Shown: one piece after another, positions 52,546 through 60,529 of the stretch
How the letters are laid out: each line of letters opens with the position of its first letter
Position numbering within the stretch: position 1 is the stretch's first letter
Position numbers and translations under genes: made by a program
Assembly: GCA_052034585.1 (NCBI GenBank)
Contig: JBPOIJ010000034.1
Coordinates: 19,797-83,796, forward strand
Direction: 5' to 3'
Source of the DNA: Myxococcota bacterium
GTDB taxonomy: Bacteria > Myxococcota > Myxococcia > Myxococcales > Myxococcaceae
Length of the DNA: 64,000 bases
The notes under the pieces: generated by a model
Told to the model about the DNA's origin: nothing
Seen by the model: only the letters and a program-made list of their open reading frames with translations
The model's database searches: none

Positions 52546-54299
52546 GGGGAGAGCACGAGGACCGAGACCGACAACGGCGGCATCGTATAGCGAAACGCGT
52601 TGGTTCCGCTCGCGGTGACGGCGGTGCCTCGGGTCACGGTGGCCGTCGAGCCCTGCAGCACGAAGGGCGTCAGCGTCTGGTAGCGCTGCGGGTGGGCGAC
52701 CGAGATGCCGGCCGCGTGGGCGGTCGTCTCCTTGTTGATGGCGACCAGCACGGTGCGGCCCGGGTTGGCGGCGTCGACGCTCGCGTAGATGGTGGCCATC
52801 GGCACGGCGCTCGAGGTGGCGTCGATGGAGGTGTCTCCGAAGGCCCCGCCCTGCCCGTCGAAGTTGCGGAAGGCCTCGAAGGCGGCGTCGGCGAACGTCT
52901 CGGCGCCGTTGAGCTTCCAGTAGGTCGCGAGCTCGACGCTCTCTCGGCCAAAGACGCCGAGCACGTCGGCGGTGGCGATGGCGCCGCTGATGTGCCCGCC
53001 GCCGCCGTAGTTCCACTCGGTGAAGGCCAGCTTGGTGCCCGGGTTGGTGCGCTGAATCTTCTCGCGCAGCCGTGGCAGCAGTCGCACCGGCTGGTTGTTG
53101 ATGGTCTGGACGATCCAGCTCGACTCGACGTAGCCGGTGTCCCACAGGCTCCGCGGGGCCTGGACGCGGGCGGTGACGGACGCGGCGCTGGTGTCGGTGC
53201 CGATGATGCGCTGGTTGCCGCCGCGGGCCTCTGGGTACCAGTGGAGGTCGAGGTAGTCGACGAGCCGCTTGCCCTCGGTCTGGCTCGCCATCGCGGCCTG
53301 GGTGAGGAAGTAGTCGATGTACTCGCCCTTCCCGCTCGCGTCGGTCGCGTTCTGCAGGTTCACGTAGCCGTTCCAGCCGTACGAAACGAAGCCGGTCACC
53401 TCGGCCTGGGGCCAGGCGCGCTTGACGGCCTTCGCGTAGTCGAGGCTGCGGGTGGTGAGCTCGACGTAGGTCACCTTGACCGGGTGAATCTCGGCGTGGG
53501 TGTCGCTCCAGAGGTCGGGCTCGTTGTCGAGGGAGAAGAGGACCTGGGTCGAGCCGGCGTTCGTCTTCACCCAGTTCACGAACTCGTCTTGGTAGACGAA
53601 GCCGTCGGAGGTGTCGGGCGTGGTTGCGAAGGCCGAGCCCTTGGTGTGCCGGTTCTGCTTGAAGCGCGTCGTCAGGTAGTTCGCGCCCGAGCCGCGCACG
53701 TCGCCGCCGGGGCTCTTGTCGGCCGCGACGTGATCGACGATGGGCACGGTGACGAGGAGCGCGGCGTTGATGGCGCGCGCAGCGGTGAGTCGATCGGTGA
53801 TGACCTGCCCGGCGGTGCCCGAGTTCGAGAGGTACCCGTCGTTCTGGTACATGTAGTCGCTCCCGGCGTTCGAGGCGTTGTTCTCCCAGTTGAACGCGGT
53901 GAGACGGTTGCCTCCGAGGCGGAGCAGCCCGTAGCGGTTGCGCGTCGGGTTCGCGGCCTGGTTGGTGCCGTAGATGAGGGGCGAAATGCGGTGCCGGTTC
54001 CGGTCGGAGCGGATGGTGAAGGTGACGTCGGCCGCTGCGGGGGCGTCGGGCGTGAGGGGCTGATCGAGGTTCAGGCTCGAGCTGCCGCCGCCGGTGACGG
54101 TGCCGCCGCCAGTGGCCGAACCTCCGCCGGAGACCGAGCCTCCGCCGGTGACGGAGCCTCCGCCGGTCGCGTCGCCGCCTCCGGTTCCAGAGACGCCACC
54201 TGCCGAGCTGCCGCCCCCGACCCCACCGTCATTCCCCATCATCGGCGCGCTGCAGCCGACCAACACGCTCACTGCCACCATCATCGTTCGCGTCGTCAT
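52542..54299 (-). CDS. GH44-like glycoside hydrolase lipoprotein with Gly-rich tether
   Basis: Start re-placed at MTTRTMMVAVSVLVGC. ISPLIYGTNQ, LRLGGNRLTAFNWENNASNAGSDY, SLDNEPDLWSDTHAEIHP and FTEWNYGG match my memory of GH44 catalytic-domain motifs. Confidence 0.75.
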   Translation of the reverse strand: MTTRTMMVAVSVLVGCSAPMMGNDGGVGGGSSAGGVSGTGGGDATGGGSVTGGGSVSGGGSATGGGTVTGGGSSSLNLDQPLTPDAPAAADVTFTIRSDRNRHRISPLIYGTNQAANPTRNRYGLLRLGGNRLTAFNWENNASNAGSDYMYQNDGYLSNSGTAGQVITDRLTAARAINAALLVTVPIVDHVAADKSPGGDVRGSGANYLTTRFKQNRHTKGSAFATTPDTSDGFVYQDEFVNWVKTNAGSTQVLFSLDNEPDLWSDTHAEIHPVKVTYVELTTRSLDYAKAVKRAWPQAEVTGFVSYGWNGYVNLQNATDASGKGEYIDYFLTQAAMASQTEGKRLVDYLDLHWYPEARGGNQRIIGTDTSAASVTARVQAPRSLWDTGYVESSWIVQTINNQPVRLLPRLREKIQRTNPGTKLAFTEWNYGGGGHISGAIATADVLGVFGRESVELATYWKLNGAETFADAAFEAFRNFDGQGGAFGDTSIDATSSAVPMATIYASVDAANPGRTVLVAINKETTAHAAGISVAHPQRYQTLTPFVLQGSTATVTRGTAVTASGTNAFRYTMPPLSVSVLVLSP

Positions 54300-54460
54300 C
54301 GTGCACCTCACGTCAGGACTGCACCGGGAACACAGGCTGGGCTTCGCCTCACCCGGTGCAAGGCGGAGCTCTGAGCCGCATCGACTTCGAGTTCGCGAAC
54401 ACAACGTGCGCGCGTCAGAGTAAGGCGGGCGTAGCACTTCTCAAGGAGCGCGTCGCCCGC

Positions 54461-55393
54461 ATGAACGTCTTCACCACGCCCGAGTTCCTCGAAACGGCGG
54501 GAGACGTCTTCTTTCCGAACCAGCGGCGCAGCCTCGAGGTGTTTCGCATCGATGGCCGGGTGCTGCGCTTGCTCGTCGTCAACGGCACCGTCATCGAGCG
54601 AATGCCCTTCTACGACTATCCCCAGCCGCTCGAGGGGTGGACCGGGCCGGTCGAGGAGCGCTGGTTCTTTCCCCGCACGGTGGTGCGCACGACCGAGGTC
54701 AAGGAGCGGACCGAGCCCGAGCCGCCTGGCCTCCAGCCCTCGCCGTACGTCGACTGGAGCCGCTTCGCCGACGAGAAGGCGTTTCAGGCGCACGTCGCGA
54801 GCAACCCGCAGCTCAAGTCGAATGATCCGGCGCGGCAGCGGCGCAAGCTCGAGCGTGAGGTGGGGCCGATCGAGTTTCGTTGGCACGACGAGCGGCCGGA
54901 GGTGTTCGAGACCTGCGTACGGTGGAAGTCGAGCCAGTACCGGGAGACGGGCGTGGGCGACATGTTCGCCGCGAGTGAGAACGTCGAGTTGTTCCGCGCG
55001 CTCGTGCGGCGTGGCGTGGTGAAGGTGGCGAGCCTCTCGGCGAAGGGGACGCTGCTCGCGGTGCACTTCGGCTCGCACACCGACCGACGCTTCACCTGGT
55101 GGGTGCCGGCGTACGACCCGGCGTACTCGAAGTTCTCTCCGGGGCGGCTGTTGTTGCTCGAGTTGTTGCGCGAGAGCCAGGCGCGCGGCGACCTCGAGTT
55201 CGACTTCCTCATCGGGGACGAGAAGTACAAGTTCATGTTCGCGACCCACAACCGCGTCATCGGGCCGGTGGGGGCTCCGCCGGTGCCGCGGCTGGTGCAG
55301 GCGCTCGCGAAGAAGCAGGCGAAGGCGGTGCTCGAGCGTTACCCGAAGGCGATGGAGTGGGCGCGAAGCCTCAAGCGGAAGTTCGGCCAGTGA
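54461..55393 (+). CDS. CelD/BcsL / FemAB-like GNAT acyltransferase (Acetyltransf_6-type)
   Basis: ATG 54461 preceded by AAGGAG. C-terminal AYDPAYSKFSPGRLLLLELL...FDFLIGDEKYKFMFATH is the family hallmark. Confidence 0.8.
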   Translation: MNVFTTPEFLETAGDVFFPNQRRSLEVFRIDGRVLRLLVVNGTVIERMPFYDYPQPLEGWTGPVEERWFFPRTVVRTTEVKERTEPEPPGLQPSPYVDWSRFADEKAFQAHVASNPQLKSNDPARQRRKLEREVGPIEFRWHDERPEVFETCVRWKSSQYRETGVGDMFAASENVELFRALVRRGVVKVASLSAKGTLLAVHFGSHTDRRFTWWVPAYDPAYSKFSPGRLLLLELLRESQARGDLEFDFLIGDEKYKFMFATHNRVIGPVGAPPVPRLVQALAKKQAKAVLERYPKAMEWARSLKRKFGQ

Positions 55394-55770
55394 GCGATGC
55401 CACCGAGCCGGCCATCGAGCGGGCCCAGAACCCGAAGTTCGATCGCGAGCGCGCTCGTGGCGCCGCGCAGCACCCGAAACGAACGCAGCGCTGCGAGGAG
55501 CCACCAGGGAAGCTGGTTCCCCTGGTGAACCGGGCGAAGTGCGAGGGCAAGGCAGACTGTGTCGCGGTGTGCCCCTACGGCGTGTTCGAAGTGGGCACCA
55601 TCAGTGAGGCCGAGTTCCGCGCGCTGCCGGTGTTCGCCCGCGTGAAGGTCTGGGTGCACGGGAAGAAGACTGCGTTCACGCCCAAGGCCGACGCCTGCCG
55701 CGCGTGTGGAATGTGCGTCGTCGCGTGCCCGGAGAAGGCGATCTCCCTCGTGGCTGGTCGATCGAGCTGA
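55390..55770 (+). CDS. 2-cluster ferredoxin (7-Cys pattern)
   Basis: 126 aa. CEGKADCVAVCP (Cx5Cx3CP) and CRACGMCVVACP (CxxCxxCxxxCP). The GTG start forms a GTGA overlap with the acyltransferase stop. Confidence 0.75.
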   Translation: MSDATEPAIERAQNPKFDRERARGAAQHPKRTQRCEEPPGKLVPLVNRAKCEGKADCVAVCPYGVFEVGTISEAEFRALPVFARVKVWVHGKKTAFTPKADACRACGMCVVACPEKAISLVAGRSS

Positions 55771-55807
55771 CCGAGCTGGACGGGTTCGTGCAGTTGCCGG
55801 AGACACC

Positions 55808-56047
55808 TCACCTGCGCGCTGCGCTCGACTCGAGCCGCCGCATCAAGAACCCGGTCACCAGCAGCGGCGGGAGAAGCAGCACCACCACGAAGAAGGTGAG
55901 CGCGTAGAGCAACCCGAGAAAGAGCGCCGCTCGATCCGTCACCGTTCCCGACAAGGCGCTCACGTGCTGCCGCGCCCCGAGCAGCTCGAGGAAGGCGAAG
56001 AAGGCGGCGGTGACGACGGCGGTTCGAAGCGCGAGCGAGCGAGTCAT
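55808..56047 (-). CDS. 79-aa two-TM membrane protein
   Basis: ATGA overlap with the upstream 385-aa gene. Two hydrophobic helices. Confidence 0.5.
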   Translation of the reverse strand: MTRSLALRTAVVTAAFFAFLELLGARQHVSALSGTVTDRAALFLGLLYALTFFVVVLLLPPLLVTGFLMRRLESSAARR

Positions 56048-57201
56048 GGCGTCCTCGTGAGCATGGGAGTGGCGGAGGCCCGCTTCCACAGTGGGCCTTC
56101 GGTGAGCGCGTAGAGCAGCACCGCGTCGGCGAGGTGATTGCCTGCGGCGTAGCGAAGCCCCGTCTCGTCCCGCACCGGGAACGCGGCGAAGCCCAGGCTG
56201 GTGACGAGCGCGTCGAGGTACTCGTCGTCGTCGAACGCGGCTGCGCCAAGAAGCGCGAGCCCGCTCGAACCCGCGTTCGCCTCCACCAACGGAATGGTTG
56301 GACCCGAGTCGACGTCGTCGACGTTGCGGAGCACCGCCGGCCACTCCGCCGCCCAGCCGAAGCCGAGCGTTCGATGTCCGAGGAGCGTCCGTGCACGCCG
56401 GTACTGATCAGCCGCGAACTCCGCGTCGACGAGCTGGAGCATGTGCGCCGACAGCCAGAGCGTCGACCCTTCCGGACCATCGAGCGGCGCGCCTCCGTGC
56501 CGAAAGCTCGAGCGGAGCAGCCCGGTGCGCGGCTCCACGAGGTGGGTCTTCACTGAGGCGAGCCAGGCGTCGACGAGCTCCCGATGCGAACGCCCATCGA
56601 TCCGATCCGACAGGGTCACCGCCGCGACCGCGATGGAGTTGCAGAACGTCCACCCTTCGTCGGGGTAGCTCTCGGCGAGATGCAACGGCGCGACCTCGAG
56701 CTGGCGGGCGACCTCGTCCACCTGCCGACGAAGGGCCGTGCGGAACTCCGGCGACTCCCGAACGGTCTGCCGCGCGGCGAGCATGAGGGCGAGCTCTCCG
56801 TCGACGAAGAGGCTGCGCTGGGCGTCGTCGTGAAACGGCTCGCGACGCCCATAGGGCAGCAGGAAGAAGAGATGCCCGCGCTGCTCGTCTCGCAGCGTCT
56901 GCCGAATGAGCGCGTCAGCGACCGCGAGGTGCTCGTCGGCGCGCCCCGGCTCCGAGAGCGCGAGGTTGGTGAAGGCGAGCACGCCGAAGGTGCGGCTCAT
57001 CAAGTCCCACTCCGGGTTCAGCCGTCGGAGCAGCGCCCGCTCGTCCGATTCGTCTCGCAGCGCGACCACTGCCTGCCGCCGCGCGAGCTGTTCGACGAGC
57101 ACCGCTCTCGGCGGAGGCGCGAAGACGAGCTGCAGCGCCGGCAGCCACGCGCCGAGCAGGACCACGAAGAGCACCACCGAACCGACGCGTCGCTTCCCCA
57201 T
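56044..57201 (-). CDS. membrane-anchored protein of unknown function (385 aa)
   Basis: N-terminal TM anchor (VVLFVVLLGAWLPAL) and coding-like GC3. No catalytic motif recognised. Confidence 0.65.
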   Translation of the reverse strand: MGKRRVGSVVLFVVLLGAWLPALQLVFAPPPRAVLVEQLARRQAVVALRDESDERALLRRLNPEWDLMSRTFGVLAFTNLALSEPGRADEHLAVADALIRQTLRDEQRGHLFFLLPYGRREPFHDDAQRSLFVDGELALMLAARQTVRESPEFRTALRRQVDEVARQLEVAPLHLAESYPDEGWTFCNSIAVAAVTLSDRIDGRSHRELVDAWLASVKTHLVEPRTGLLRSSFRHGGAPLDGPEGSTLWLSAHMLQLVDAEFAADQYRRARTLLGHRTLGFGWAAEWPAVLRNVDDVDSGPTIPLVEANAGSSGLALLGAAAFDDDEYLDALVTSLGFAAFPVRDETGLRYAAGNHLADAVLLYALTEGPLWKRASATPMLTRTP

Positions 57202-57247
57202 GCAGGAAGGATCGTTCGAGCCAGCCGTTTGGTGCAGCTCTTCGCGG

Positions 57248-57277
57248 CGAACGGTCGAAGGGCGCTCCGAACGGTCG
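57248..57277. promoter_or_regulatory. direct repeat CGAACGGTCG x2 with 20-bp periodicity upstream of gene 56044..57201
   Basis: Two identical 10-mers at 57248-57257 and 57268-57277, read directly. They lie 47-76 bp upstream of the ATG. Confidence 0.3.
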
Positions 57278-57279
57278 CT

Positions 57280-58536
57280 TCACCTCGGATCGACGACGCG
57301 CCCCGCGAAGAGAACGAGCCCCGTCTTCACGTCACGAATGAAGAACAGGAAGGGTCGATCGATGATCACCTCGGTCGACTGCGGCAGCGCCGTCGGAGCG
57401 AAGCCGAAGCTCGTGGCCGCAGCCGCTTCGGTGCCGTTCTCATCCAGAATGATGATCGCCTGGTGGACTGCGGCAGGCACGTAGAGCTCGGGCTTCCCCG
57501 TCATGCCGGAGAAGTCGGCTCTCGAAGCATCGAACGCGTCGGCCATGCCCAGCGCCTTCAGATCATCGACGAGCTCGAAGCTGTTCGCGAACTCGAACTT
57601 CGGCAGCCGCACGTCGTAGAGGTGAGGCTCCGCGCGCTTCACCAGGTCGTGCAGCTTCGCCGCGTCGAGCCCGCCGACGACGTCGGCGAACTTGCCGACC
57701 GGCGGCGCCAGCACCACCAGCGAGACGTCTTGTCCGTCGTAGAGGAGCTCGAGCACCTGGGTGCCGTCGACGAGCGCCGCCTTGGCACCCTTCAACTTCG
57801 AGTTGCGCATCATCGTCACTTCGGGCTTCGAGCCATCGAGCAGGGTGAAGGGGTACGGCTGGGTCGACGCCTTGTCGAAGACCTCGTCCCAGGCTGCGTT
57901 GAAGTACAGCGTGTTCACCACTGCGAGGCTCACGCCGGCGAGCGCGTTCGGCGCGAACAGCTGGCCGATCTTTCCCTCGGTGCGCTGGCTGACCCACTGG
58001 TTGATCGACACCCGTGCGGCATCTGTGGAGAAGTCGAGCAGACGCACGCCGGCCCCGTATTCCTGCGCCAACGTGTCGAGGTAGGGCTGCTCGAAGTGCT
58101 GACCCTTCTTGGCGAAGAGCTGGTTGGTCGCCACCAACCGAAACGGACGCCCGTCCTTCCCCTTCGCGTTGACGCCCCGCGACTCGATGGCGGCCTCGAG
58201 GGTGTTCATCGCCCGGTGGTGTTGCGCCTCGGGCAACGTCTGTTGGAGCGCCTTGATGATGCCGACGCGGGTGTTGCCACGCGCGCCGACCTCGACCATC
58301 GAAGTCGCCGTGGTGATGCTCGAAGGCGAGAAGAGGAAGTTGCCGTGAGGGTGCCTCGCGAGAAGCGAGAGCGCCAACGCGGTGTTCGCGGCGCTGGCGG
58401 CTTCGAGATCGACGTCGGGAGCCGCCTGGGTGATGCGCTCGGCCTTCGACGACACGTCTTCACCTGGTGGGGTGATGTCGCGTGGATCGGTACAGCCAAC
58501 CGTCACCAGCACCACCAACGGAGCGAACCGGATCAT
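57280..58536 (-). CDS. serpin-family protease inhibitor, lipoprotein
   Basis: 418 aa from MIRFAPLVVLVTVGC. NFLFSPSSI, NTLYFNAAW and an inhibitory-type hinge ENGTEAAAATS followed by IIDRPFLFFIRD. The track ORF of 820 aa is over-extended. Confidence 0.9.
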   Translation of the reverse strand: MIRFAPLVVLVTVGCTDPRDITPPGEDVSSKAERITQAAPDVDLEAASAANTALALSLLARHPHGNFLFSPSSITTATSMVEVGARGNTRVGIIKALQQTLPEAQHHRAMNTLEAAIESRGVNAKGKDGRPFRLVATNQLFAKKGQHFEQPYLDTLAQEYGAGVRLLDFSTDAARVSINQWVSQRTEGKIGQLFAPNALAGVSLAVVNTLYFNAAWDEVFDKASTQPYPFTLLDGSKPEVTMMRNSKLKGAKAALVDGTQVLELLYDGQDVSLVVLAPPVGKFADVVGGLDAAKLHDLVKRAEPHLYDVRLPKFEFANSFELVDDLKALGMADAFDASRADFSGMTGKPELYVPAAVHQAIIILDENGTEAAAATSFGFAPTALPQSTEVIIDRPFLFFIRDVKTGLVLFAGRVVDPR

Positions 58537-58726
58537 CGGCGCTCGTCGTGCAAGGTGACGACCAGCTGGCGCGCTGCTTTCTTGGGAGGTTCCGAAGGTG
58601 CCGCGCGCAAAACCCGACTCACCCGACGTCGATGCATGACAGCGCTGCCTCACCTGAGTGTCGGTGCCATCCGACGATTGTCGCCTCGACCCGACGCACC
58701 GCCTGGCCGCCTCCCTCGCAGCGTCC

Positions 58727-58741
58727 TGGTTCCGAGGTTGC
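58727..58741 (+). promoter_or_regulatory. sigma-54-like -24/-12 element (TGGTTC-N5-TTGCA)
   Basis: GG and GC are separated by exactly 10 nt. However, the element ends only 14 nt before ATG 58756. Confidence 0.3.
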
Positions 58742-58755
58742 ACGAGGCGCGCGCG

Positions 58756-60153
58756 ATGAGAACGACCTTCTTGCTCGCCCTGCTGTCGTGCTCGTGCGGC
58801 CGAACGCCTGGCTTCGACGAACCGGTCATCACTCCGACCGACCCGTACGAGCCGACCAAGCTGCACCCGCCGGTCGACGCCCCGCCGCTGACGCGCAGCG
58901 CGAAGTGCTCGTCGACGAGACTCGCCCCTCCGCTGACGAGCTTCGCCTCGCAGCCTGCTCCCACCGGCCTCACTCGCGCAGACGTCGACCAGCTCTTCGC
59001 GGTCGACGGACCGACCGGGAGCGGCGTGCTCACCGCCGATCTCTGGGATGACGGAACGGTCTGGGCGCTCGTCGCCGCCGGCCCCAACTCGACGTTCGCC
59101 TCGGTGCCAGCCCCCGAAGGCGTCTCGGTCGTCGGGCTCTCCCCACGCGGGAAGGTGCTCGCGGCCTTCCCGACCACGGTGGGAGGCCGAATCGCTGCCA
59201 GCCCTCGCGGCGTGGTGCTCGTGGCGACCACCTTGAACGGAACGATGACGATTCAGGGCACGACGCTCACCAGCCGCGGGCGGAGCGACGTCGCCTACCT
59301 CGCGTTCGACTTCGACGGCTCCTTGCGGTGGACCCACGTCGTCGGAGACGAGGGCTTCGACGCGCCCAAGGTCGTCGAGACGAGCGCCGACGGGCACTTC
59401 CTCGTCGCGGCAGACGTGAGCTCCAGCCTCCTCACCGAGTCGCTCGATGCTCGCGATGGAACGGTGCGGTGGGCGAATCACGAGGTTCGCGCCGTTTCCA
59501 GCTCGCCGAACCACGGCCCGGCGATCGCCTTGGTGGAGGTCGCGGGAGGCGCAGCCGTCGTCGGCCGGTTCGACTCGTTTCGCCCTCCCGGCGCCGCTCC
59601 CGTCACGGCGGGTCTCCCTCAAGCGCCCTTCGTCGTCCTCTACGACTCGTCGGGAGCGGTCCGCTGGACTCGCACCGCCAAGGGGACCTGCCCCGGCTGG
59701 GGCTCGACGGGCGCGAACGGCGTCAGCCTCCAAGGCGAACACCTGCTGGTGAGCGGTTCGTTCTGCGACTCGATGGATCTCGATGGCGTGGTGGTTCGCG
59801 GTGACGGCGCGTTCCTCTGGGAGCTCGACCTCTCCTCGGGCCGCACGACCGGAGGCGTCGCGCTCGGTGGCACGGCCTGGGCGCAGTACGCCGTCGTCGA
59901 TGGTCGAGGAGGCCTCGCCCTCCTCTCGGGAAATTGGGGCGGCGTTTCGGCCTCACTCCTGCGTTGGTCGCCGGACGGAACCGCACGGCCGCCGCTCGCG
60001 CTGAAAGGGGCGCTCAACAACAGCAGCTTCACCAGCCTCGTGAGCAACGCGTGCGGAGACGTGCTCGTCGTGGTCGCCAGCCGGGAGCCAAGCTTCGTCC
60101 CGCGGCCCACCAGCTTCGGCACGTCGATCGCGCTCCAGTTCGAGGCTCAGTGA
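58756..60153 (+). CDS. secreted lipoprotein, beta-propeller-like, unknown function
   Basis: 465 aa from MRTTFLLALLSCSCG. Repeated DG..RW / SG.VRW strand-like motifs. The track ORF of 1189 aa is over-extended upstream. Confidence 0.7.
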   Translation: MRTTFLLALLSCSCGRTPGFDEPVITPTDPYEPTKLHPPVDAPPLTRSAKCSSTRLAPPLTSFASQPAPTGLTRADVDQLFAVDGPTGSGVLTADLWDDGTVWALVAAGPNSTFASVPAPEGVSVVGLSPRGKVLAAFPTTVGGRIAASPRGVVLVATTLNGTMTIQGTTLTSRGRSDVAYLAFDFDGSLRWTHVVGDEGFDAPKVVETSADGHFLVAADVSSSLLTESLDARDGTVRWANHEVRAVSSSPNHGPAIALVEVAGGAAVVGRFDSFRPPGAAPVTAGLPQAPFVVLYDSSGAVRWTRTAKGTCPGWGSTGANGVSLQGEHLLVSGSFCDSMDLDGVVVRGDGAFLWELDLSSGRTTGGVALGGTAWAQYAVVDGRGGLALLSGNWGGVSASLLRWSPDGTARPPLALKGALNNSSFTSLVSNACGDVLVVVASREPSFVPRPTSFGTSIALQFEAQ

Positions 60154-60428
60154 CACGCGTTCCCAGCGCCGTGCGGGTGACAGGCTCCCGAGCAGCACTC
60201 GGTGCCGGCGGTGCAGCCCTCACCGGTCGCCTTGCAGGCAGCACCACCGCCCGCGCCGCCAGCCGTTCCACCAGCGAGCCCACCACCAGCCGCTCCACCA
60301 CCAGCGAGTCCGCCACCAGCGACCCCACCCGCCGCGGCGCCGCCAGCCGCACCGGCGTCCATCGCTCCAGACGGCATCCCACACGCCCACGAGAGGCCGA
60401 GCAGCACCAGCAGCACGAGACGATTCAT
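60147..60428 (-). CDS. mini-lipoprotein: Gly/Ala tether plus six-Cys knottin-pattern module
   Basis: 93 aa from MNRLVLLVLLGLSWAC. C-terminus CKATGEGCTAGTECCSGACHPHGAGNACH gives C-x6-C-x5-CC-x3-C-x8-C. Its stop overlaps the convergent gene's stop (TCAGTGA). Confidence 0.6.
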   Translation of the reverse strand: MNRLVLLVLLGLSWACGMPSGAMDAGAAGGAAAGGVAGGGLAGGGAAGGGLAGGTAGGAGGGAACKATGEGCTAGTECCSGACHPHGAGNACH

Positions 60429-60529
60429 TGGCACTCCCTACCCGACGTCGGAGGCGAGGCCCCTGCGACCAATCGTCGCATCTGGTGGTCCGAACCCTGG
60501 CTCGAGGCAGCCGCGCGTGAACGGCCTCG

